A stretch of 64,000 nucleotides of DNA from NCBI GenBank assembly GCA_038321865.1, contig JBBQFH010000016.1:1-64000 (forward strand), in the 5' to 3' direction. Source of the DNA: Gemmatimonadales bacterium (lineage in GTDB: Bacteria; Gemmatimonadota; Gemmatimonadetes; Gemmatimonadales; GWC2-71-9). The first letter of the stretch is position 1. Each line of letters opens with the position of its first letter. A model generated the notes under the pieces. It had not been told where the DNA came from. It saw only the letters and a program-made list of their open reading frames with translations, and ran no database searches. The position numbers and the translations under genes were made by a program. Shown here one piece after another: positions 17,521 to 27,294 of the stretch.

Positions 17521-19568
17521 ACCGCGCGCCGCGCCTGCGTCCCGATGTGGCCATCGTCGAGCAGACCTACCGCGGCGAGCTGAGCTACGTCGTCAAGGAC
17601 CTGGAAACGCACAAGTATTTCCGGTTCCGCGCGGTTGAGATCGCGGTCATGCGCTCGCTGGACGGCACCCTCACCTGCGCCGAGGCGGCGGCCGGGCTGC
17701 GCGCCGACGGCATCAACGTCTCGGAGGCGGCGGTCGAGGGGTTCGCCCAGAAGCTCAACCGCATGGGTCTGATCGAGCGGTCGCTCGCCGAGCGAAGCAC
17801 GCTGCAGCTCGAACGGCTGCGCGCGGAGCGGAACCGCCGCGCCCGGCCGCGGCTGTTCAAGGGCGAGCTGCTGCGGATGCGCTGGACGATGGGTGATCCG
17901 AACGCGGCCTTCGACCGCTGGCTGCCGCGCCTCGGCTTTTTCTTCGGCCGTCCGTTCATGCTCATCTCGCTGGCACTCTTCGCGCTCAACCTGCTGCTGC
18001 TGGCCTTCAACTGGCCCAAGCTCCACTCGGGACTCTCGGAGATCAGCCACCTCGGCTCGCTTACGCCGGGGCACGCGATGATGTACTGGCTCACCCTGCT
18101 GGTGATCATCCTGATTCACGAGCTGGGCCACGGCCTCACCTGCAAGTATTTCGGCGGCGAAGTCCACGAGATGGGCTTCATGCTGATTTACTTCCAGCCG
18201 GCATTCTATGCCAACGTCAACGACGCCTGGACCTTTCCGGACCTCCGCGCCCGTCTCGCCGTGACCGCCGCCGGCTCCTGGATAGAAGCCGTGGCCGCGA
18301 CGCTGGCCGGCGTGGTCTGGTGGGTCGCGCAGCCCGGGACGATGGTGTCGCAGGTGGCCCTGCTGGCCTTTCTCGTTGGCGGGCTGCTGTCGGCGCTCAC
18401 CAACGCGAATCCGCTGATGCCCCTCGACGGTTATTTCGCGCTGAGCGACTATCTGGAGATTCCCAATCTGCGCCACCGCGCCTTTGCCCAGATCGGCTGG
18501 GCGGTGCGGCGCCACGTGCTTCGGCTCGATTTGCCGATGCCGCCCGCCACGCAGCGGGAGCGGCGCATCTTCGTCTTCTATGGCCTCGCCGCCGCCGCCT
18601 ATCTCGTGGTGGTGCTGGGCCTCATCGCCGCCGCGGTGGCGGGGTGGGCCGACCGGACGTTCGGCCTGGCTGGCGCGATCCTGACGATCGGCGCGATCCT
18701 GCTCCTGCTGCGTGGCCAGATCCGGAGCTGGGTGGCGGCGGTCTCGATGTCGCTGCGCCAGCACCGCGCGGCGCTGCTCGCACGGCCGATGGTGCTGCGG
18801 GCAGGGGCCGCGGCGCTCGCGCTCCTCCTCGTGCTGACGCTGGTGCCGTGGTCGATCACCGTGACCGGTCCCTTCGTCGCGGCGCCGGCACGTGCCGCGG
18901 CAATCATCGCACCCGATACCGGCTACGTGGCGGCGGTCCTGGTGCGGGAGGGAACCAGCGTGGCGGCCGGGGCTCCGCTGGTCCGGCTGCGGGACTTCGG
19001 CCTCGAGCGGGGGGCGCTGGAGCAGCGGCGCGCGACCGACTCGCTCGGGCTGCTCGAGCGCCGCGAGCGCGCCCGGGGCGACGCCGGCGAATCCGAGCGC
19101 CTGGCCCGGGAGCGTGCGGCCGCAGAGGCGCGTCTCGCCGCGACAACCGAGCGGATCGGCGCACTGGCGCTTCGCGCGCCGGAGGCCGGCGTCATACTCA
19201 CCGCCCGACCCGAACAGCTGGCCGGCCAATGGATGGAGGCCGGCCAGACGGTGCTGACCCTGGGCGAGCCGGACTCCGTCGAGGTGCGCATCCGGCTCGG
19301 CGGCAGCGGCGCAACGCTGGTGCTGCCTGGGCAACCGGTCACCATGCTGTCGCTGGCGGACGTCGCGCATCCGGTTCGCGGCCGGGTCCTGAGCGTTTCG
19401 CGAATCGCCCTTGCCGACGCCGTGGAGGCGCGCGTCAGGCTGCCGGCCGAGGCGGCGTGGCGTCCCGGTGCCGGCGGCGAGGCATCGGTGGTAGTGCGGC
19501 GCTCGAACATCGCGGGCGCGCTCTGGTGGGCGGTCCGACGCCGGATCCGCAGCGACATCCTGCTCTGA
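17517..19568 (+). CDS. PqqD/RRE-like domain + M50 (site-2) zinc metallopeptidase + HlyD-type MFP fusion
   Basis: N-terminal ~90-aa RRE-like segment (YVVKD...YFRF...LDGTLT...LNRMGLIE); HELGH and NANPLMPLDG M50 motifs; C-terminal IIAPDTGYVAAVLVREG / LRAPEAGVI. Confidence 0.85.
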   Translation: MNRAPRLRPDVAIVEQTYRGELSYVVKDLETHKYFRFRAVEIAVMRSLDGTLTCAEAAAGLRADGINVSEAAVEGFAQKLNRMGLIERSLAERSTLQLERLRAERNRRARPRLFKGELLRMRWTMGDPNAAFDRWLPRLGFFFGRPFMLISLALFALNLLLLAFNWPKLHSGLSEISHLGSLTPGHAMMYWLTLLVIILIHELGHGLTCKYFGGEVHEMGFMLIYFQPAFYANVNDAWTFPDLRARLAVTAAGSWIEAVAATLAGVVWWVAQPGTMVSQVALLAFLVGGLLSALTNANPLMPLDGYFALSDYLEIPNLRHRAFAQIGWAVRRHVLRLDLPMPPATQRERRIFVFYGLAAAAYLVVVLGLIAAAVAGWADRTFGLAGAILTIGAILLLLRGQIRSWVAAVSMSLRQHRAALLARPMVLRAGAAALALLLVLTLVPWSITVTGPFVAAPARAAAIIAPDTGYVAAVLVREGTSVAAGAPLVRLRDFGLERGALEQRRATDSLGLLERRERARGDAGESERLARERAAAEARLAATTERIGALALRAPEAGVILTARPEQLAGQWMEAGQTVLTLGEPDSVEVRIRLGGSGATLVLPGQPVTMLSLADVAHPVRGRVLSVSRIALADAVEARVRLPAEAAWRPGAGGEASVVVRRSNIAGALWWAVRRRIRSDILL

Positions 19569-19697
19569 CCCTGGCGCTGTGGTCGCAGCTCCGCAACACA
19601 ATATCTGGCATGGAAATCCATCTTCGCCCGACCCCCGTGTTCCGCCCCGGCGCCGACGTGTACCTTAGGGGTCCCCTTCACCGGGTATCGAGGAGTC

Positions 19698-20765
19698 ATG
19701 GCCGAAGCCGTATCGCGTCCCTCCGCCGTCCGCCTCACCTCGCTTTCGCACGGCGGCGGCTGCGCCTGCAAGCTGGGTAGTGCCGACCTCGCCGAGGTGC
19801 TCAGTCACCTGCCGCTGGTGGACGACGGGAACGTCCTGGTGGATGCCGCGACGCGGGATGACGCGGCCATCTATCGGATCGCACCCGACCGGGCGCTCGT
19901 CGCCACACTCGACTTCTTCACGCCGATTCTGGACGATGCCGCCTCGTGGGGCGCCGTGGCCGCAGCCAACGCGCTCAGCGACGTGTACGCCATGGGCGGC
20001 CGCCCGCTCTTCGCCCTGAACATCGTGGCCTGGCCGCGGGAAACCCTGCCCTTCTCCCTGCTGGGCGAAGTGCTCCGCGGCGCCTCCGATGTGGCCCGCC
20101 GCGCGAACTGTCTCGTCCTCGGCGGCCACTCCATCGACGACGCCGAGCCCAAGTTCGGGATGGCCGTCATCGGCGAGGTGCACCCGGACCGGATGTTCAC
20201 CAACGCCGGCGGCTGCGCCGGCGACATGCTGGTGCTCACCAAGGCGCTGGGAACCGGTATCCTCTCGACCGCCGTCAAGCGCGACGCCCTGCTCGAAAGC
20301 GGCATGTCCGAGGCGATCGCGTCGATGATCACGCTCAACGACGGCGCCGCCCGCGCCGCAAGCGAAGCGGGGATCAGCGCGGCCACTGACGTCACCGGCT
20401 TCGGCCTGATCGGCCACCTGTCGCACATCCTGAACGCGAGCCGCCTGGCGGCGGAGCTCTGGGTGGATCAGCTGCCGGTCCTGCCACTGGCCCGGAAGCT
20501 GGTGGGGCGCGGCTTCGTCCCCGGCGGCACCCGCCGGAATCTCGAAGCGGCGACGAAGGTGACCTGGGAAGACTCAGTCGCCGAAGCCGACCGGCTGCTC
20601 TGCGCCGATGCGCAGACGTCTGGCGGTTTGCTCCTCGCGGTGCCGCCGGAGAACCATGCGGCCCTCATCGCGGCACTTGGACGCGAGGGGACGCCGGCCG
20701 CCGCGACGATCGGGCGTCTCGTCGCGGGGGACGCCGGCCAGATCCAGGTGCGACAGACGGCATGA
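19698..20765 (+). CDS. selD: Selenide, water dikinase (Cys form)
   Basis: RLTSLSHGGGCACK, DDAAIY, DFFTP, ANALSDVYAMGG, GGHSIDD, TDVTGFGL, DAQTSGGLL. Confidence 0.95.
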   Translation: MAEAVSRPSAVRLTSLSHGGGCACKLGSADLAEVLSHLPLVDDGNVLVDAATRDDAAIYRIAPDRALVATLDFFTPILDDAASWGAVAAANALSDVYAMGGRPLFALNIVAWPRETLPFSLLGEVLRGASDVARRANCLVLGGHSIDDAEPKFGMAVIGEVHPDRMFTNAGGCAGDMLVLTKALGTGILSTAVKRDALLESGMSEAIASMITLNDGAARAASEAGISAATDVTGFGLIGHLSHILNASRLAAELWVDQLPVLPLARKLVGRGFVPGGTRRNLEAATKVTWEDSVAEADRLLCADAQTSGGLLLAVPPENHAALIAALGREGTPAAATIGRLVAGDAGQIQVRQTA

Positions 20766-21712
20766 GCGTCGTGCGCTGGTCGGCGCTGCTGCTGATGCTC
20801 GGCGCCTGCGGGAGCGATGCCGGGCCCGCAGGCGGTCCTCCCGGTCCGGGCGGCGCCGGTCTCGGCCTCGATGGCGTGTCGCTCTTTCCCGCGGACAATG
20901 CCTGGAACACCGCGGTGGACACCGCCGCCGTGGATCCGGCATCGGATGGGCTGATCTCCGGCATCGGGCGTGATGGGCACCTGCATCCGGATTTCGGGGC
21001 GAGCTACAATGGCGGGCCGTTCGGCATCCCGTACGTCGTCGTGCCGGGCAGCCAGGCAAGGGTGCCGGTGAGTTTTGACTACGCCGACGAGAGCGATCCG
21101 GGCCCCTACCCGATCCCGGCCGACGCCCCGATCGAGGGCGGCGCCGGCGCGACCGGCGATCGCCATGTGATCGTGGTGGACCGCGATGCCCGCAAGCTCT
21201 ACGAGCTGTTCGACGCCCATCAGGGCAGTGGAGGCTGGACCGCCGGCTCGGGGGCCGTCTTCGACCTCTCGTCCAACGCCCTCCGGCCGGCCGGCTGGAC
21301 CTCGGCCGACGCGGCGGGGCTCCCGATCCTGCCCGGGCTCGTGCGCTACGACGAGGTCGTGACGCAGGGCGAGATCCGCCACGCCCTGAGGTTCACCGTC
21401 AGCCGGACCCGCCGCGGCTATGTTTCCCCCGCCCGGCATTTTGCGAGCAGCAACACCGACCCGTCGCTGCCGCCGATGGGAATGCGCGTCAGGCTCAAGG
21501 CGTCGTTCGACGTCAGCAGCTATCCGCCGAGCGCACGGGTGATCCTGACGGCGCTCAAGCGCTACGGCATGATCGTGGCCGACAACGGCAGCAGCTGGTA
21601 CGTTTCCGGCGCGCCGGATTCGCGTTGGAGCGACGACGAGCTCAACGCGCTGAAGGCCGTAACCGGCAATGATTTCGAGGTCGTCCGGATGGGATTCGTC
21701 ACGTCGAACTGA
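20762..21712 (+). CDS. Conserved hypothetical lipoprotein
   Basis: Lipobox LGAC; ATGA overlap with selD; SADAAGLPILPGL and YGMIVADNG motifs typical of an uncharacterised secreted family. Confidence 0.75.
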   Translation: MSVVRWSALLLMLGACGSDAGPAGGPPGPGGAGLGLDGVSLFPADNAWNTAVDTAAVDPASDGLISGIGRDGHLHPDFGASYNGGPFGIPYVVVPGSQARVPVSFDYADESDPGPYPIPADAPIEGGAGATGDRHVIVVDRDARKLYELFDAHQGSGGWTAGSGAVFDLSSNALRPAGWTSADAAGLPILPGLVRYDEVVTQGEIRHALRFTVSRTRRGYVSPARHFASSNTDPSLPPMGMRVRLKASFDVSSYPPSARVILTALKRYGMIVADNGSSWYVSGAPDSRWSDDELNALKAVTGNDFEVVRMGFVTSN

Positions 21713-21732
21713 TCACCTGCACCGCAGGCCGC

Positions 21733-21960
21733 ATGTCACCGATCCGCTGGACCCCCGAACGCATGAATCGTCTCGAGAGCGCCGCTCGCCGCGGCCTTCG
21801 CGTCGTGCTGAACCGCCGCGGCAGCGAATACGTGGTCACCGCGCTCCGCGTCACCACGGTCGGACAGCATGAGGCCTTTATCGGCCACCTGCCGATGACC
21901 GGCGAGGAGCTCACTTTCATCCTCAACGACATCGACGACTTTCAGGTGATCGGCGACTAG
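21733..21960 (+). CDS. Small hypothetical protein
   Basis: 75-aa ORF filling the gap in a co-oriented run; stop 2 nt before rnhA. Confidence 0.65.
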   Translation: MSPIRWTPERMNRLESAARRGLRVVLNRRGSEYVVTALRVTTVGQHEAFIGHLPMTGEELTFILNDIDDFQVIGD

Positions 21961-21962
21961 GG

Positions 21963-22586
21963 GTGGCATCTGGAATCGCCATCCTGCATCTCGACGAGAG
22001 CTGCCTCGGCAACGGCCGCGAAGGCGACAACCCCGGCGGTGGAGGCGGCCTCATCGAGGCCCGCACGTCGGCCGGCATTCAGCGCCGCGATCTCTACATC
22101 CATGCCCCCGCGACCACCAACAACCGAATGGCCCTGGCCAGCGCCATCACCGCGCTGCAGCTGCTTTCCGCCAAGGGCGCCAGGCTGCGCGTGCTGATCG
22201 TGTCCGATTCGGAGTACCTGGTGAAGGGGATGCGCGAGTGGGCGCCGGGCTGGGAAGTTCGCGGCTGGAAGCGAAAGGCGGGGCCGATCGAGAATCTCGC
22301 GCTGTGGCAAACGCTGGTGGTGGCGGCCCGGCTGCACGAGACCCAGCTCACCTGGGTACGCGGCCACCGGGATCATGCCAAGAACGAATACGCCAACGAT
22401 CTCGCGGTCGCCGCCGCGAAGGAACAGAAGACCTCGGCCGGCATCGTGGAATCCGGCTTCATGGATTGGCTGGCGGCGAAACAGGCCAAGGGGATGTTCG
22501 CGGGATACGATCCCGGCGCCGCGTTCGCGGCGCTCGAGACTCGCATCGCCTCAGGGGAACGGTTTCCGCTCGCGGACGAGCGGTAG
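21963..22586 (+). CDS. rnhA: Ribonuclease HI (atypical active site)
   Basis: DESCLGN..PGG, TTNNRM, SDSEYL, W...GW, WVRGH, NEYANDLA. Confidence 0.85.
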   Translation: MASGIAILHLDESCLGNGREGDNPGGGGGLIEARTSAGIQRRDLYIHAPATTNNRMALASAITALQLLSAKGARLRVLIVSDSEYLVKGMREWAPGWEVRGWKRKAGPIENLALWQTLVVAARLHETQLTWVRGHRDHAKNEYANDLAVAAAKEQKTSAGIVESGFMDWLAAKQAKGMFAGYDPGAAFAALETRIASGERFPLADER

Positions 22587-22589
22587 CAT

Positions 22590-23513
22590 TCAGCTCGCGG
22601 GCACGAAGGTGCGCGTCGGCCGCACGCCGCAGGCGCTCCAGACCACGCTGACATAGCCGCCCGAGGGCAGCGTCCAGCGCACCTCGCCCGCCTTGATGCG
22701 CGCGCGCCGGGGGCCGGCGCAGCTCGCGTCGTACTGTAGCGCCGTCGGCGTGGTGACGGTGAAGGTGCGGGACTCGGTCCCGCGGACGAAGGTGAGCGTG
22801 CCCGTGCTGGTCACCGTACCGCTCGGCAGCGGCTCTCCGCGCACCAGGGTCGAGCCCGACGCCGGCGTGAAGGCGAGCTGGAGGTTGTGGGTGACCTGAA
22901 TGGACGGGTGCGCGCCGGCGGTCCGGACCGTGGTGACATTGTTGGCGAGCGTCAGCCCGTTTGCGTTGCCGGTCAGATCACGCGTGCCGTTCCGCACCGC
23001 CGTGAACGTTTCCGACTGCGCGTTGACGGCGGCGAAGGTGAACTCCGTCAGTGACGCATGGAACGCAAAGTCGGCCGCGGACGGCGTCGGGTCGCTGATC
23101 GTGATGGTGCCGGTCAGGTCGAGCGTGCCGCCCCGGAAGCCGGTGAAGTGGCAGGCGGGCAGCGCAAAGCTGAACACGGCGTTGTCCGGCGCACCGTCTC
23201 CATCGGTATCCGTGGCTGACGAAATCGTGGCGCATCCGCGGCCCACCGGAATCCCGAGCGAGGCGCTGATCGGCGATGCGATCGCGGCCGACGACAGCGA
23301 AACGTTGGCAGGATCCACGGCGCCGTCGGCCGTGAACGACTCGGTGGCGTCTTCCATCTCGTCCTGCGACGCGGCGCCGGCGTCAGCCGCGGTGGCCGCG
23401 CTCAGCTCATTGCCGCCGGGCGCGGTATTGTCGGAGCTGCAGCCACTCAGCACCAGCGCGGCTGAGAGCCCGGCACCGGACAGCATCAGGGTCGTGCGAC
23501 GGATCCAGCGCAT
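22590..23513 (-). CDS. Hypothetical lipoprotein
   Basis: Lipobox LSGC; Thr-rich beta-type body; DTDGDG motif; GGAG RBS. Confidence 0.75.
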   Translation of the reverse strand: MRWIRRTTLMLSGAGLSAALVLSGCSSDNTAPGGNELSAATAADAGAASQDEMEDATESFTADGAVDPANVSLSSAAIASPISASLGIPVGRGCATISSATDTDGDGAPDNAVFSFALPACHFTGFRGGTLDLTGTITISDPTPSAADFAFHASLTEFTFAAVNAQSETFTAVRNGTRDLTGNANGLTLANNVTTVRTAGAHPSIQVTHNLQLAFTPASGSTLVRGEPLPSGTVTSTGTLTFVRGTESRTFTVTTPTALQYDASCAGPRRARIKAGEVRWTLPSGGYVSVVWSACGVRPTRTFVPAS

Positions 23514-23624
23514 AAAACGGTCTCCTCACCTGGAAGGACTGGGTGCTTCAGGATCGCTACTGCGCGGTCGGACGCGGGTGTGCCCCATTCGTTAAGCGGC
23601 TGGGGCACCGTCCCTCCCGATTGC

Positions 23625-23653
23625 TTGACACGGCTTCAGCGGGTCCGTACCCT
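23625..23653 (+). promoter_or_regulatory. sigma70-type promoter
   Basis: TTGACA-17 nt-TACCCT upstream of the zinc-ribbon gene. Confidence 0.6.
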
Positions 23654-23680
23654 CCGGTCACCCCCACGCACAGGCAAACC

Positions 23681-24340
23681 GTGAGCGAGCTCGATCGGTT
23701 TTTTCGGCAGCTGGTGACCACGCTGGCCGCGGCCGATCCCGCCGGACTCAGCCGGCCGGTGAGCATCGCCGAGATCCGGAGCACGCTGCTGCCGTACCGC
23801 ACCTTCCGCCGAATCCTGGAGTTCGATACCAGCGAAGACTACGAACTCACGCTGCTTCGGCTCTGCGCCGGTGAGGGCGGGTACTGCAGCATGGAGCCGG
23901 GTGATCCGCTGACCCGCTTTCAGGCCGAGCTGGCGTCGCCCAATCCCGACCTCGGCGTGCTCGACGCCGGTGCCGACTCGCATGTCACGCTGGCGCCACG
24001 ACGGATCGCCGAAGCGATGGATCCGGTGCCGCGGCATGACCCCTACGCCCCGCCGGTCGCGGCCGCTCCGGGTGATCCCGACGATGCGCTTCTGCTCGAT
24101 GAGGTGCGCGCGCCGGCTCCGCCGCCGAAGCATGCGGCCGCGCCCGACGCCGAAGATGAGGCCGTATCCGGCGGGGAACCCTGCAGCTTCTGCGGCGGCA
24201 GCCTGCCAACCGGACGCACGGTGAACTTCTGCCCGCACTGTGGCCAGAGCCAGGGCATGACCCATTGCCCGGGCTGTGGCAGCGAAGTCGAAATCGGCTG
24301 GAGGTACTGCATCACCTGCGGGTACACGCTCACCGCCTGA
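23681..24340 (+). CDS. Double zinc-ribbon domain protein
   Basis: C-terminal CSFC, CPHC, CPGC, CITC; probable GTG start at 23681. Confidence 0.8.
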   Translation: MSELDRFFRQLVTTLAAADPAGLSRPVSIAEIRSTLLPYRTFRRILEFDTSEDYELTLLRLCAGEGGYCSMEPGDPLTRFQAELASPNPDLGVLDAGADSHVTLAPRRIAEAMDPVPRHDPYAPPVAAAPGDPDDALLLDEVRAPAPPPKHAAAPDAEDEAVSGGEPCSFCGGSLPTGRTVNFCPHCGQSQGMTHCPGCGSEVEIGWRYCITCGYTLTA

Positions 24341-24394
24341 GTTCGGGTGCGGGCCACCTTGGCCCGGGGTGCCGGAGGCGGCATCTTTCGCGGT

Positions 24395-25597
24395 ATGCCC
24401 GACCATCCCGAAGTCGTCTTCCTCTCCGGCGTCCGCACCGGCTTCGGCAGCTTCGGCGGCACGCTGAAGGATCTGACCGCCACCGAGCTCGCCGTGATCG
24501 CCTCCCGGGCCGCCATCGAGCGTGCCGGTATCCCACCCGCCGACATCGATCACGTCGTCATGGGAAACGTCCTGCAGACCTCCGCCGATGCCGCCTACCT
24601 GGCACGGCACGTCGGGCTCGGGGCCGGCCTCCCGATCGAAACACCGGCGGTGACCGTCAACCGCCTCTGCGGCTCGGGGTTCGAATCCGTCATTCAGGGT
24701 GCCCGACAAATCCGGCTTGGCGAATCGCGGGCGGTGCTGGCCGGCGGCACCGAGTCCATGAGCCAGGCGCCGCACGTGGTGCGTGGCGCGCGCTGGGGGC
24801 TTCGGCTGGGGTCCGGCCCTCCGCTCGAGGATACACTCTGGACGGCGCTGCGCGATTCATTCTGCAATCTGTCGATGGCGGAGACCGCGGAAAACCTGGC
24901 CGTAAAGTATGGTATCACCCGGGACGCGGTGGATGCGTACGCGCTCCGGAGCCAGCACGCCGCGCGCGATGCCTGGGCCGGCGGGGGTTACGTCGACGAG
25001 ATCGTGCCGGTTCCGATTACCAGACGGAAGACGGGGCGGGCCGATCAATGGGCCGCTGACGAGCACATGCGCCCTGACTCCACCGCGGATGGGCTGGCGA
25101 AGCTGCCGCCGTACTTCCGGGCCGATGGCGTGGTCACCGCGGGCAATGCCTCCGGAATAGTGGATGGTGCGGCCGCACTGGTGATCGCCAACGCAGACTA
25201 CGCCAGGGCGGCGGGCCTCACGCCGTTGGGGCGTCTCGTGGCGTGGGGGGTGGCCGGCGTGGATCCCGCCATCATGGGCATCGGACCGGCGCCGGCCGCG
25301 CGCAAGGCGCTGGCAAGCGCGGGCCTCACGCTCGAGCAGATGGATCTCGTGGAGGTCAACGAGGCGTTCGCGGCACAGTACCTCGCGGTGGAGAAGGAGC
25401 TGGGCCTCGACCGCGCCCGCACCAACGTTGACGGCGGCGCCATCGCGCTGGGGCATCCGCTCGGCGCCAGCGGCGCACGCATTACACTGCACCTGCTCCA
25501 CGCGCTGCGGCGGCGGGGCGGACGGTATGGCCTGGGCAGTGCATGCATCGGCGGTGGCCAGGGCGCCGCGGTGATCGTCGAACGCTTCCCCGCCTGA
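24395..25597 (+). CDS. Acetyl-CoA C-acyltransferase (thiolase)
   Basis: [28 protein letters not shown]. Confidence 0.95.
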   Translation: MPDHPEVVFLSGVRTGFGSFGGTLKDLTATELAVIASRAAIERAGIPPADIDHVVMGNVLQTSADAAYLARHVGLGAGLPIETPAVTVNRLCGSGFESVIQGARQIRLGESRAVLAGGTESMSQAPHVVRGARWGLRLGSGPPLEDTLWTALRDSFCNLSMAETAENLAVKYGITRDAVDAYALRSQHAARDAWAGGGYVDEIVPVPITRRKTGRADQWAADEHMRPDSTADGLAKLPPYFRADGVVTAGNASGIVDGAAALVIANADYARAAGLTPLGRLVAWGVAGVDPAIMGIGPAPAARKALASAGLTLEQMDLVEVNEAFAAQYLAVEKELGLDRARTNVDGGAIALGHPLGASGARITLHLLHALRRRGGRYGLGSACIGGGQGAAVIVERFPA

Positions 25598-25607
25598 GGA
25601 GAGACGT

Positions 25608-26465
25608 ATGGAACCGATCGTAGGAGTGCTGGCCATTGCGGTAGCCTATTCATTCCTGAGCCTCCGCGTGCTCAAGCAGTACGACCGCGCCGTCACCTTC
25701 TTCCTCGGCCGGTTCTGGGGCGTGAAGGGGCCGGGATTGATTTTCCTGCCGGCCGGCTTCGCCAGCCAGAAGCGGATCTCGATGCGGGTGATGGCGCTGG
25801 ACATTCCGGCCCAGGACGTGATCACCCGCGACAACGTCTCGGTGCGGGTGAATGCGGTGCTCTACATGCGGGTGAAGGATCCGGAGAAGGCGGTCATCGA
25901 AATCGAGGATTACCTGTATGCCACGAGCCAGCTCTCGCAGACCACGCTCCGCTCCGTGCTGGGCGAGGTCGAGCTGGACGAGCTGCTTTCCGACCGCGAG
26001 AAGATCAACGCGATTCTCCGCCGCATCATCGATGAGCGCACCGAAGCCTGGGGGATCGAGGTCTCGGCCGTCGAAGTGAAGGACGTGGACCTGCCGGAAA
26101 ACATGAAGCGCGCGATGGCACGCCAGGCGGAGGCCGAACGCGAGCGGCGGGCCAAGGTGATCAACGCGCAGGGCGAGCTGCAGGCGTCGGAGACGCTGGC
26201 GCAGGCCGCACGGATGCTGGCCAGCGAGCCGACGGCGCTGCAGCTCCGCTATCTCCAGACCGTCACCGAGATCGCGGCGGAGAACAATTCGACCACGATC
26301 TTCCCGATTCCGATCGACATGATCACGCCGTTCCTCAATCGCATGATGCCGGCGAGCGGGGCCCCGGCCGCGCTGCCCCAGCGCCCGGCGCTGCCGGCGC
26401 CCGAGCTGGCGGCGGTGCTGCCGCAGTTCAAGATCGAGCCGGCCAAGGCTCCCAAGCAGGAGTAG
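25608..26465 (+). CDS. SPFH/slipin (stomatin-like) protein
   Basis: [39 protein letters not shown]. Confidence 0.93.
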   Translation: MEPIVGVLAIAVAYSFLSLRVLKQYDRAVTFFLGRFWGVKGPGLIFLPAGFASQKRISMRVMALDIPAQDVITRDNVSVRVNAVLYMRVKDPEKAVIEIEDYLYATSQLSQTTLRSVLGEVELDELLSDREKINAILRRIIDERTEAWGIEVSAVEVKDVDLPENMKRAMARQAEAERERRAKVINAQGELQASETLAQAARMLASEPTALQLRYLQTVTEIAAENNSTTIFPIPIDMITPFLNRMMPASGAPAALPQRPALPAPELAAVLPQFKIEPAKAPKQE

Positions 26466-26466
26466 C

Positions 26467-27294
26467 ATGACGCAGCCATCCACGTCGATCGATCGTGCGG
26501 CGCTCGAGCGGATTCTCCAGCGCGCGGCCGAGCTGCAGACATCGGAGCGCGAGATCGGCGAGGGCCTCACGCCGGAGGAGGTCCTCGCGCTGGGCAAGGA
26601 GGTCGGGATTCCCGGCCAGTACCTCCAGCAGGCCATGATGGAGGAGCGGGCGCGCGTCGTGCCGGCCGCGCCCGCCGGCCTGCTTGATCGCGCCGCGGGG
26701 CTCGGCTCGGCGGTGGCCCAGCGGGTGATTGCCGGCACCGAGGTCGACATCGCCCAGGCGCTCAACATCTATATGGAAAAGCAGGAGGTGCTCTGCGTGC
26801 AGCGGGAGCAGCCGGGGCGCATCACCTGGGAACCGCAGGCGGGCTTCCAGGCGGCGGTGCGCCGCTCCTCCGCGGCCTTTGCCTCCGGCAAGCGGCCCTA
26901 CATGCTCTCACGAGTCGAGATCCTCACGGCGACGCTCATGCCGCTCGAGCCTGGGTACGTGCACGTCACCCTGGCCGCGGATACGCGGAAGCTGCGGACG
27001 CAGGCCGTCGGCGGGAGCATTGCGCTCGCATCCATCGGCGTCGCCGCCACTGCGATTCTCGCCGTACTGACGCCGTTCGCGCTGGTGGCCGTGGCGCCGC
27101 TCCCGCTGGCGTTCGGGGCCGGATACGGCGTGCTGCGGCAGTACCAGCCCAAGCTGGCGCGGGTCCAGCTGGGGCTCGAGCGCGCCCTCGATCATCTGCA
27201 GCAGGGCGGCGTCCGCACGAGGCAGATCCCGCCCGCGCGTCCCGGTCTGGTCAACCTGCTCGCCGACGAAGTGCGCAAGGCGCTCAACTCGTGA
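26467..27294 (+). CDS. Hypothetical membrane protein
   Basis: In operon; N-terminal ILQRAAELQ helix and C-terminal TM hairpin. Confidence 0.7.
   Translation: MTQPSTSIDRAALERILQRAAELQTSEREIGEGLTPEEVLALGKEVGIPGQYLQQAMMEERARVVPAAPAGLLDRAAGLGSAVAQRVIAGTEVDIAQALNIYMEKQEVLCVQREQPGRITWEPQAGFQAAVRRSSAAFASGKRPYMLSRVEILTATLMPLEPGYVHVTLAADTRKLRTQAVGGSIALASIGVAATAILAVLTPFALVAVAPLPLAFGAGYGVLRQYQPKLARVQLGLERALDHLQQGGVRTRQIPPARPGLVNLLADEVRKALNS

Noticed and set aside
16833..19601. 922-aa minus-strand ORF and similar long antisense ORFs (12586..14463, 55020..56612, 57201..59231)
   Set aside because: Shadow ORFs opposite well-supported genes in high-GC DNA; no recognisable motifs.
19698..20765. selD as part of the peptide locus, or as a selenoprotein
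   Set aside because: It is separated by 129 nt with its own RBS and heads a housekeeping-type run (rnhA). Its active-site codons are TGC (Cys), and the peptides have no Cys. Adjacency alone is not evidence.
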